From Oscillospiraceae bacterium (GTDB taxonomy: Bacteria; Bacillota; Clostridia; Oscillospirales; JAVBQB01), in NCBI GenBank assembly GCA_031549265.1, contig JAVBQB010000002.1:28038-92037 (forward strand): 64,000 bases of DNA, written 5' to 3'. A program made the translations under genes and the position numbers. Shown one piece after another: positions 51,326-58,998 of this stretch. The notes under the pieces were generated by a model. The model was not told where the DNA came from. It searched no databases and worked only from the letters and a program-made list of their open reading frames with translations. Position 1 is the stretch's first letter; the number at the start of each line of letters is the position of its first letter.

Positions 51326-52519
51326 ATGCCGGATATTTTCAATATTATTATCATTCAGCCGATATCGTGGCTGCTGTTGTGGTGCTATGATTTAGTCAAC
51401 AACTACGGCATCGCGATTATTCTTTTTACGCTTTTGACAAAGATCATTTTGCTTCCGCTCTCATATAAGGGCAAAAAGGGCATGATGCAGACAGGACGTT
51501 TGCAGCCAAAAGTAACGCAGATCCAAAAAATGTATAAAGACGACCGGGCAAAGCAACAGCAGGAAATGGCCAAGCTGTATCAGCAGGAGGGTATCAGCCC
51601 TATGTCTGGCTGCCTTTGGTCACTGCTTCCGCTTCCCGTCCTGTTTGGACTTTACGGCGTTATTAATAATCCGGTTACCAACCTGATGAAACTGACGCAT
51701 ACGCAGATTCAGGAAGTTGTGCAGCTGCCTGTCATAGCCGCGGCGCTCACCGATCCGGCAACCGGAGCCCCTCTTGCCGCCGGAGCTGCTGTGAACGAAA
51801 TGCATCTCGCACAGATAATTCATGAGAACTATATGGCGGTGCATGCGCTGTTCCCGACAGTTAAGGATATCGACTTTAGTTTCCTCGGTCTTAATCTCTC
51901 CGTCGTGCCTCAATTCGCGTTTAGTCCGATGATTATTATTCCGATACTTGCGGGTCTCTCCGCCTGGCTTGCGACGATTATTACCCAGAAAACGTCAAAT
52001 CAGCCTACACCCGCTGGCAGCGCGGGCATGATAATGAAGTTTATGCCGCTCCTGTCCGTCTATTTCGGATTTATTCTCCCCGCAGGACTCGGCGTATACT
52101 GGATTGCCAGCGGACTTTTCGGCATTGTTCAAGATATTTTCTTCGCAAGGATTATAAATAAGAAACTTGCCGTAAAAGACGCCGAGCGTGAAGCTCTTGA
52201 GAAAAGACGAAAAGAGCAGGAAGAAGAAGTCAAGCGAGAAGCTGCGCAAAGGCGTGCTGAGCGGATACAGATGGAGCAGAGCAATTCGGGAAAACGTCCG
52301 CAGAGCGCCAAGCATTCCAACAAGCAGAAAAAAGGCAAGGTAAATATAGAGAAGCCTAAAGCACCCGTTGAGACCGATTCAAGCAGTGATGAGATAATAG
52401 ATATGGAACTCAGTGATAGTTCGGATACCGGCAATAATCAAACAGTGACACTGGAAAAAGACTCCGGAAAAAACCATGGTATTTCAGCTGAAAAGGCTGA
52501 AGACGGAAATAACGCCTAA
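51326..52519 (+). CDS. yidC: YidC/Oxa1-family membrane insertase with a long charged C-terminal tail
   Basis: 397 aa. NYGIAIILFTLLTKIILLPLSYK, MQTGRLQPKVTQIQKMYKDD and PAGLGVYWIASGLFGIVQ, followed by a tail of about 130 aa that is first Lys/Arg/Glu-rich and then acidic. Confidence 0.9.
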   Translation: MPDIFNIIIIQPISWLLLWCYDLVNNYGIAIILFTLLTKIILLPLSYKGKKGMMQTGRLQPKVTQIQKMYKDDRAKQQQEMAKLYQQEGISPMSGCLWSLLPLPVLFGLYGVINNPVTNLMKLTHTQIQEVVQLPVIAAALTDPATGAPLAAGAAVNEMHLAQIIHENYMAVHALFPTVKDIDFSFLGLNLSVVPQFAFSPMIIIPILAGLSAWLATIITQKTSNQPTPAGSAGMIMKFMPLLSVYFGFILPAGLGVYWIASGLFGIVQDIFFARIINKKLAVKDAEREALEKRRKEQEEEVKREAAQRRAERIQMEQSNSGKRPQSAKHSNKQKKGKVNIEKPKAPVETDSSSDEIIDMELSDSSDTGNNQTVTLEKDSGKNHGISAEKAEDGNNA

Positions 52520-52555
52520 TTCGAGAACTTCGATTATTACCTAACTGCGAAAGAA

Positions 52556-53260
52556 GTGAGTTTTGTGACAAAGTGCGTCGAGAAATCAGGAAAGACCATC
52601 GATGAAGCGATTAACGCGGCGTTGGCTGAACTGAATACTGAGCGCGACAAGGTGTCGGTTGAAGTGCTGGATAAGCCGAAGTCAGGTTTTCTGGGTATAG
52701 GCAGTGCGCTTGCCAGAGTGCGCGTCAGCTACAGCATGACGCAAAAGGACAAGGCTGAAAGTTTTCTCAGCGGCCTCATTGAAAAGATGCGTGTGGATAT
52801 AAACTTCACAGTCAGCGACAGCGACCAAAACAGGCTGGACGTCAATCTTTTCGGAGAGAAGCAGGGAGTCATCATCGGCCGTCACGGTGACACTTTGGAC
52901 GCGATACAGCATATTACGAGCTACGTGGTCAACAAAAGCGAGGATGACCACGTCAAGATTATTGTTGACTCAGAAGGTTACAGGGCGAGACGCGAGGCGA
53001 CACTTGAACGACTGGCGCAGCGTACGGCACAAAAGGTAGTCTCTTACAAGAAGAACCAGATCATGGAGCCGATGAATCCATACGAACGCCACGTCATCCA
53101 TACAGCCTTACAGGAATACAAAAACGTCACTACCCATTCAGTAGGCAGCGAGCCTAGACGCCGTGTAGTCGTTTCATACGCGCCTAATGGCAGGCCAGTG
53201 CAGAGTGATAACCTGAAAGCGCCCTCAAGGCCCCCGCGCCAGCATACTCCGGAAAGCTAA
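52556..53260 (+). CDS. jag: Jag/KhpB RNA-binding protein (Jag_N, KH, R3H)
   Basis: 234 aa. GKTIDEAINAALAEL (Jag_N), GVIIGRHGDTLDAIQ (KH), and MNPYERHVIHTAL (R3H). GTG start at 52556 or 52565. Confidence 0.88.
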   Translation: MSFVTKCVEKSGKTIDEAINAALAELNTERDKVSVEVLDKPKSGFLGIGSALARVRVSYSMTQKDKAESFLSGLIEKMRVDINFTVSDSDQNRLDVNLFGEKQGVIIGRHGDTLDAIQHITSYVVNKSEDDHVKIIVDSEGYRARREATLERLAQRTAQKVVSYKKNQIMEPMNPYERHVIHTALQEYKNVTTHSVGSEPRRRVVVSYAPNGRPVQSDNLKAPSRPPRQHTPES

Positions 53261-53310
53261 CGCAAAGCTGCGTTCCGCTCGAGAGTTCCTGGCGGATAAG
53301 TGAATTATCA

Positions 53311-53347
53311 TACTGGCGTTCGTAATAAGCGGCGCCAGTATTTTTAT
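53311..53347 (+). terminator. Rho-independent terminator after jag
   Basis: 8-bp stem TACTGGCG / CGCCAGTA, 14-nt loop, then TTTTTA. Confidence 0.75.
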
Positions 53348-53396
53348 CTTACTACTTACTGTTATAGTATTGGATAAGACATGAGCGTTAGCCAAT

Positions 53397-53443
53397 AGCA
53401 AAAAAGTCCCGTGGTGCAGCATTAAACTGCGACCCGGGACTTT
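53397..53443 (-). terminator. Rho-independent terminator after serS
   Basis: Minus strand: AAAGTCCCG ... CGGGACTTT stem enclosing a smaller GCAG/CTGC helix, followed by TTTTTTG. Confidence 0.75.
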
Positions 53444-53457
53444 GAAATTTTTATTGT

Positions 53458-54732
53458 CTATTCGATAACGGACAAACCGCGCATATATGGGCGGAGCGCT
53501 TCCGGAACAATCACTTTTCCGTCCCTGGTCTGGAATATCTCCAGGATGCACGCCACAGTCCGGCCAATGGCAACGCCCGAGCCGTTGAGCGTGTGGACAA
53601 ATGCCGGTTTGTCGCCGGTATCGGCGCGGCACCTGATGGCGGCGCGCCGCGCCTGAAAACTTTCGAAATTAGAGCAGCTGGATATTTCGACGTACCTGGA
53701 ATAGGACGGCATCCAGACCTCGATATCATATGTCATCGCGCTGCAAAAGCCCATATCACCCGAGCAAAGTCGAACAACCCTGTGGGGCAGGCCGAGCTGC
53801 TCCAGTACGAAGCACGCGTCGGTAGTGAGGGATTCAAGTTCCTGATAGGAAGTCTCGGCTGTTGTGAACTTGACAAGCTCCACCTTGTTAAACTGGTGCT
53901 GACGGATGAGGCCGCGCGTATCCCGGCCCGCGGCGCCCGCCTCCGCACGGAAACAGGCGGAGTATGCGCAGTACTTGATAGGCAGCGAGGCGGAGTCAAG
54001 AATTTCATCGCGGTGCATGTTCGTAATCGGCACCTCGGCGGTTGGGATAAGAAAAAGATCGTCGTTAGAGATGCGGAAGGCGTCTTCCTCGAATTTCGGA
54101 AGCTGACCGGTTCCGGTCATGGATGCGCGGTTGACCAGAAACGGCGGAAAGATTTCCGTATATCCTCTTGTGGAATGGGTGTCAAGATAAAAGTTGATAA
54201 TAGCACGCTCGAGCAGAGCGCCCGCGCCCTTATAAAAGTGAAAACGAGCTCCGGTCACCTTGGCAGCGGTGGTCGGATCGAGAATACCGAGATTCGCGCC
54301 TATTTCCCAGTGCGGCTTTGGCTCAAAGTCAAAATCGGGCGGCGATCCCCATTTGCGGTATTCGACGTTATCGTTGGCATCAGCGCCCTCTGGAACATCA
54401 GAATATGGCAAATTAGGAATAGAATGGAGAATAGCGTCAATCTGAACCTGGAAGTTTGAAAGCTTTGGTTCAAGCTCCTTCAGCTCGTCAGATGCCGCTT
54501 TCATTTCCTGCATTATTGCGGATACATCCTCGCCGGCCTTTTTCATTGCGGGAATTTTCTTGGACGCGGCGTTTTGAGTGGCTTTGAGCTGCTCCGTAAG
54601 CTGAAGGAATTCACGTCTCTTTTCGTCCAGCTCCAGCAGAAGGCTTACGTCCTGCGAATAATCTTTATTTCTGGTTGACAGGCGTGAAATAACAAAATCG
54701 GGATTATCGCGGATTGTTTTCAGATCGAGCAT
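53458..54732 (-). CDS. serS: Serine--tRNA ligase
   Basis: 424 aa. An N-terminal coiled-coil arm ([12 protein letters not shown]...), class II motifs [25 protein letters not shown] and [21 protein letters not shown] lies inside the 3' end of the upstream gene. Confidence 0.96.
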   Translation of the reverse strand: MLDLKTIRDNPDFVISRLSTRNKDYSQDVSLLLELDEKRREFLQLTEQLKATQNAASKKIPAMKKAGEDVSAIMQEMKAASDELKELEPKLSNFQVQIDAILHSIPNLPYSDVPEGADANDNVEYRKWGSPPDFDFEPKPHWEIGANLGILDPTTAAKVTGARFHFYKGAGALLERAIINFYLDTHSTRGYTEIFPPFLVNRASMTGTGQLPKFEEDAFRISNDDLFLIPTAEVPITNMHRDEILDSASLPIKYCAYSACFRAEAGAAGRDTRGLIRQHQFNKVELVKFTTAETSYQELESLTTDACFVLEQLGLPHRVVRLCSGDMGFCSAMTYDIEVWMPSYSRYVEISSCSNFESFQARRAAIRCRADTGDKPAFVHTLNGSGVAIGRTVACILEIFQTRDGKVIVPEALRPYMRGLSVIE

Positions 54733-54736
54733 TGTT

Positions 54737-55405
54737 TCACCTTCGAAGTTGTTTTTTTATAGTTTGATATATGTCGGCAGGCGACGGTTCACCCTCGGTC
54801 GCCGGGGTTTCCGGTAAATACTGTTCAAGAGACTCACCCTCAAACCGGTCGATGACCGCGCGCGCGGCGGTTCTCTGCTTTGCCGCCGTCAGGCTTTGAA
54901 GTTCAACAAGCAGCGACATAGCCATATTGGATTTTGCGAGTGTTTCCTGCTTTGCTTTCTGTTCATAAAGCTGAGTTGAAACTGATTTAATCTCGTCGGC
55001 CAGTTTTTTATTTGATTCCTGCTCGGCAAGTAAGTCTGATTTTATAGCAGTGATTTCGCCTGTAAGCTCTTTAATATCGTTTACCAGTTCGTTATTTTCA
55101 TCCCATAATTTTTCGGTCGCGCTTTTGGCGCTGAGAGAAAATTCGTGCTTCAGAGTTTTTAATTGAGCCTCGCTGTTGCGCGACTGAATAAAATAAGATA
55201 GCAATATGAGAAGGAATGCCAAAATAAACAAAATTAGGGTATAAATAAACAAAAAACGACGGGACTTTTTGCCCTTGTTTGCTTCAGGCACAAGAATATT
55301 ATCGGAGTCTTCAGTCTCGCCGGTGTTCGGAAGCAATGAGTTCGGGTCTGTTGAAACACCGTCGTTGCTGTCGGCAGAAGGAGATTTGTCGCGATCATTG
55401 TCCAT
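54737..55405 (-). CDS. Hypothetical bitopic membrane protein with a long coiled coil
   Basis: 222 aa. An acidic, Ser/Asp-rich N-terminus, one TM helix ([23 protein letters not shown]), then about 130 aa of heptad-like sequence (KTLKHEF...[33 protein letters not shown]). Its ATG lies 11 nt inside the parB 3' end. Confidence 0.7.
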   Translation of the reverse strand: MDNDRDKSPSADSNDGVSTDPNSLLPNTGETEDSDNILVPEANKGKKSRRFLFIYTLILFILAFLLILLSYFIQSRNSEAQLKTLKHEFSLSAKSATEKLWDENNELVNDIKELTGEITAIKSDLLAEQESNKKLADEIKSVSTQLYEQKAKQETLAKSNMAMSLLVELQSLTAAKQRTAARAVIDRFEGESLEQYLPETPATEGEPSPADIYQTIKKQLRR

Positions 55406-56285
55406 CTCGGTCGTTACCTCCCGCAGAAGATATGCCGCTCAGCCCGGAGAGGAGGGAGGTGAGAAAGTCAAAATCATCGGGCCCGTAGAACTCGAGCTCG
55501 AATCGTCCTTTACTGCGGCCGGATACAATACGAACTCTCCGTCCGAGTGTGGACGACAGATTGCGCTCCACATCTTCAATATTAGAAACAGACTGCTCGG
55601 GAGAGGACGGATCGCCCGTTATTTCCTGGCACATTTTTTTAACAAGTTTTTCGGTTTGTCGAACGGAAAGCTGCGCCGCGATGATTTTCTCGGCCACCGC
55701 AATCTGATCGTCGGGGGAGGCGAGCTGCAAGAGCGCCCGGGCGTGTCCGCTTGTAAGCCGGCCGTCCTGAACGGCCTCGATAACAGGAGCTGGGAGCTGC
55801 AATAACCGGAGCGCATTTGCGACCACCGGACGGGACTTGCCGACGCGCGCCGCTGTGTCCTCCTGGGTCAATCCGTAATCCTGAATGAGTGACTTGAAAC
55901 CCTCGGCTTCCTCAATCGGATTAAGATCTTCGCGTTGAAGGTTTTCAATCAGAGCAAGCTCCATCGCGTGCAGATCGTCGGCTTCAACTACAAAAGCGGG
56001 AACCTCGCTGAGGCCGGCAAGTTTAGCGGCGCGCCAGCGACGTTCGCCCGCGATTATCTGATATTTACCATCGGGCAGCAGGCGGACGGCAATTGGCTGC
56101 AATAGACCGTGCTGCCGGATGCTGTCGGACAGGTCGTCGAGCGCCTGAGGGTCGAATATCTTTCGCGGCTGGGATGCGTTCGGGATTATTTCGTGCAATT
56201 TTAGCGTGACGCTGCCCTGGCTTGCTGACGTCGCATTTTCGCCGAATAGGGCGTCAAGGCCTTTGCCCAAACCTTTTATTGACAT
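55395..56285 (-). CDS. parB: Chromosome partitioning protein ParB/Spo0J
   Basis: 296 aa. MSIKGLGKGLDALFG, PRKIFDPQALDDLSDSIRQHGLLQPI, GERRWRAAKLAG, and an HTH (GLTQEDTAARVGKSRPVVANALRLL). Confidence 0.92.
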   Translation of the reverse strand: MSIKGLGKGLDALFGENATSASQGSVTLKLHEIIPNASQPRKIFDPQALDDLSDSIRQHGLLQPIAVRLLPDGKYQIIAGERRWRAAKLAGLSEVPAFVVEADDLHAMELALIENLQREDLNPIEEAEGFKSLIQDYGLTQEDTAARVGKSRPVVANALRLLQLPAPVIEAVQDGRLTSGHARALLQLASPDDQIAVAEKIIAAQLSVRQTEKLVKKMCQEITGDPSSPEQSVSNIEDVERNLSSTLGRRVRIVSGRSKGRFELEFYGPDDFDFLTSLLSGLSGISSAGGNDRDGQ

Positions 56286-56339
56286 AGAGCCTCCTGAATA
56301 TTAACAAAGTCGGCACGGCTTCGGTCTCTGTAATAGGTC

Positions 56340-57104
56340 TCATACAGCTTTGCTCTGCCGCGCGATAATTTCGCCCGCAAGCTCAAGATAGCTGTCGCTG
56401 CCGCGCGACATGCGGTCATATGCGATCACAGGCAGTCCGTGACTGGGAGCCTCCGAAAGGCGGACGTTGCGCGGGACAACTGCGCTGAAAATCTTGCCTG
56501 GGAAAAAGCGCTTGACCTCACCCGCGACTTGAAGAGAGAGATTCGTGCGCGAGTCAAACATGGTTAGCAGCACGCCCTCTAGCTCAAGCGAGGGATTAAG
56601 CGATTTTTTGACCAGCCGGACTGTATACATCAGATCCGAAAGTCCCTCCAGCGCATAGTATTCGCACTGCACAGGAACAAGCAGCGTATCCGCCGAGCAG
56701 AGCGCGTTCAGAGTAAGAAGTCCGAGTGAGGGGGGGCAGTCGATGATTATATAGTCATATCTGTCGCGCAAAGCCGACAGCTTGTCCTTCATTAAATATT
56801 CGCGTCCCGGCGTCGCGACAAGTTCAATCTCCGCGCCGGACAGCGTCTTATTAGAGGGCAGAACATCACCGAATTTCGTGGAGACTATTGTCTCGTCGAC
56901 GTCCGCGTCATTGATTAACAGGTCATACACGTTAGGGGAGACAGACTTGTCCACGCCGAGGCCGGACGTCGTATTGCCCTGCGGATCGAGATCGCAGACC
57001 AGAACTTTGCAGCCCTTGGAATGAAGAGAGGCTGTCAAATTGACACAGGTAGTGGTCTTGCCGACGCCGCCCTTTTGGTTAACTACTGCGATTATTTTAG
57101 ACAT
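56340..57104 (-). CDS. parA: Chromosome partitioning ATPase ParA/Soj
   Basis: 254 aa, deviant Walker A NQKGGVGKTTT. Confidence 0.95.
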   Translation of the reverse strand: MSKIIAVVNQKGGVGKTTTCVNLTASLHSKGCKVLVCDLDPQGNTTSGLGVDKSVSPNVYDLLINDADVDETIVSTKFGDVLPSNKTLSGAEIELVATPGREYLMKDKLSALRDRYDYIIIDCPPSLGLLTLNALCSADTLLVPVQCEYYALEGLSDLMYTVRLVKKSLNPSLELEGVLLTMFDSRTNLSLQVAGEVKRFFPGKIFSAVVPRNVRLSEAPSHGLPVIAYDRMSRGSDSYLELAGEIIARQSKAV

Positions 57105-57131
57105 ACAACCTCCCGAAAATACATTTTTTTC

Positions 57132-57160
57132 AGTATAACATAGTATTTAGATAAAGACAA
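57132..57160 (-). promoter_or_regulatory. Sigma-A-type promoter (extended -10) of parA-parB
   Basis: Minus strand: TTGTCT (57160-57155), 17-nt spacer ending in TGT, TATACT (57137-57132). Confidence 0.55.
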
Positions 57161-57165
57161 TAAAG

Positions 57166-57194
57166 AATCGCGCAAACATATAGCCTGCGCGATT
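57166..57194 (-). terminator. Stem-loop terminator after noc
   Basis: 9-bp stem AATCGCGCA / TGCGCGATT with an 11-nt loop, followed on the minus strand by CTTTATTG, which overlaps the parA -35. Confidence 0.55.
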
Positions 57195-57216
57195 GGAAAT
57201 TTTGTTAAACATTTTT

Positions 57217-57232
57217 TGTTTCACGTGAAACA
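57217..57232. promoter_or_regulatory. parS: parS centromere-like site (perfect 16-bp palindrome)
   Basis: TGTTTCACGTGAAACA, a perfect palindrome that matches the Firmicutes parS consensus tGTTnCACGTGAAACa. It lies in the noc-parA intergenic region. Confidence 0.88.
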
Positions 57233-57255
57233 AAGCGAGTCGCAGTATGCCGAAA

Positions 57256-58158
57256 TCAGGCGTTTTTGGGGATATGTATAGTCAGAACAATGTCGCTTTC
57301 GCCCACAACCTTGTCACATCGGGCGTTAAACCCAGAGGATTTCATCACGTCAATGGCATGATTTATTGTGTTAAGAAACAACCGGACATCCTTGACAACA
57401 AACATAGTCTTCTGACTTCTCAAATTGCTTTTGTGCGACTTGCCAGTCGAGGGCAAAATAGAAGCGGCGGCAAGCTCAACGGAAACCTGCTCCGGCTCAG
57501 GCTCGGGTTCGATTGGAAAATAAGTAGGACAGAGCAGCTTGTCAATATATTCGTCAGACTGTTGGACGTTCATCGAAAAATGTACGATATGCTGAGCTGC
57601 TTGAACACGCTGATTTTCGTCGGTTATACGCAGGAGTGCGCGAGCGTGCCGTTCTGTGAGGCCTGACTTGCGAATAAAATCAATAAGTTCAGGCGGATGA
57701 CGCAGCAGTCGAAGCTTATTCGCGACAGACGACTGCGACTTACCGACTCTTTTGGATGCCTCCTCCTGGGAGAGTCCAAAAACTTTAATGAGCCTCTGCA
57801 AACCCTCGGCTTCCTCAAAAAAATCAAGATCATGTCTTTGAAGATTTTCGACAAGCGCAATAAGCGAAGACTGTTGCTCGTCAACTTCCAGGACAATGCA
57901 CGGCACGTCGGAGAGACCGGCGAGCTTCGCGGCGCGCAGGCGGCGTTCGCCCGCCACCAGCTCGAATCCTCCGCGGCGGCGCCGTACGGTCAAAGGCTGC
58001 AATACGCCAAATTGACAGATGCTTTCAGAGAGTTCCTGTAACCGGGCTTGGTCAAAAATTCGGCGCGGCTGAAACGGATTGGGGACGATAGCGCAGACTT
58101 TTATGTATGTGACTTTTCCCGATTCAAACAAGTCATTTTTCTTTCTAAAGTTCATCAT
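57256..58158 (-). CDS. noc: Noc-like ParB-family nucleoid occlusion protein
   Basis: Start MMNFRKK at 58158 after AGGAGGTG. GERRLRAAKLAG. HTH (GLSQEEASKRVGKSQSSVANKLRLL). The C-terminus KDVRLFLNTINHAIDVMKSSG...IVLTIHIPK parallels the B. subtilis Noc C-terminus as I recall it (RDTRIAMNTIRQSLSMVEDSG...IQLTIRIPK). Confidence 0.75.
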   Translation of the reverse strand: MMNFRKKNDLFESGKVTYIKVCAIVPNPFQPRRIFDQARLQELSESICQFGVLQPLTVRRRRGGFELVAGERRLRAAKLAGLSDVPCIVLEVDEQQSSLIALVENLQRHDLDFFEEAEGLQRLIKVFGLSQEEASKRVGKSQSSVANKLRLLRHPPELIDFIRKSGLTERHARALLRITDENQRVQAAQHIVHFSMNVQQSDEYIDKLLCPTYFPIEPEPEPEQVSVELAAASILPSTGKSHKSNLRSQKTMFVVKDVRLFLNTINHAIDVMKSSGFNARCDKVVGESDIVLTIHIPKNA

Positions 58159-58281
58159 TGTCCACCTCCTAGAGCCTATACTAGCATAAGGCGAGATAGA
58201 AAAATGGCGGATTATGACGACTAATTCCATTATTTGTTAATTATTATTTAAACATACTGGGAAATGAAATAATTATCCGAA

Positions 58282-58998
58282 TCAGAGCGGGTCACGCGAT
58301 ATTTTCGCAAACCTACGCGGGAAATTGGACGGCGTGGGCAATATTTTTCGAATATTTATGACTGAACGCGAAATGTCAATCGTCGGAATTGAGTAAACGT
58401 CGGCAGAAACAAGCTCGCCTCCCAGTGTCTTGACAGCATTCTCGGAAAGCGCGAGCTCGTCCGCAATGTCGCTGCTTTTCATAGCGAGCAGGGCGCCGGA
58501 TATCTTGATAAACGGCAAAGTAAGCTCAGAGAGCATGGGCAGAGAAGCAACGGCCCGCGATACGGCAAAGTCGAACTGCTCACGGTAGTCCGGGTCTTGT
58601 GCAAGCTCCTCGGCTCGGGCGTGGATACACTGAACGTCGGTGATTGAAAGGCTCTCGCAGAGACTTGAGAGGAAATCAACACGTTTAAGATTACTGTCAA
58701 CCATAGTCAGCCGGATGGAAGGGTCAAGTATCTTGAGCGGAAGGCCGGGAAAGCCCGCGCCGGAGCCGATATCAATAACGGACGAACCGGAAAGACTAGC
58801 GCATTTCAGCAAATATGCGCTGTCGGCAAAATGCTTGATCGCAACCTCTGTCGGGGAGGTAATCGCAGTGAGGTTAAAGTTTCGCGCCGAGATGTGAAGC
58901 TCGCGGTTATAGATTTCGAACTGCTCAAGCATCGTGGGAGTGAAGCCGATCTGCCACGCGCATAGGATCTGGCGCAGCGGCGTCAACAATTCATTCAT
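58282..58998 (-). CDS. rsmG: 16S rRNA (guanine527-N7)-methyltransferase RsmG (GidB)
   Basis: NLTAITSPTEVAIKHFADS, and SAM motif VIDIGSGAGFPGLPLKI. ATG 58998 follows AGGTGA, and the track GTG 59007 lies within that RBS. Confidence 0.9.
   Translation of the reverse strand: MNELLTPLRQILCAWQIGFTPTMLEQFEIYNRELHISARNFNLTAITSPTEVAIKHFADSAYLLKCASLSGSSVIDIGSGAGFPGLPLKILDPSIRLTMVDSNLKRVDFLSSLCESLSITDVQCIHARAEELAQDPDYREQFDFAVSRAVASLPMLSELTLPFIKISGALLAMKSSDIADELALSENAVKTLGGELVSADVYSIPTIDISRSVINIRKILPTPSNFPRRFAKISRDPL

Noticed and set aside
54733-54740. TGTTTCAC, a left half of parS, just upstream of the serS start.
   Set aside because: It is only a half-site with no palindromic partner. It also overlaps the serS RBS and the coding 3' end of the upstream gene.
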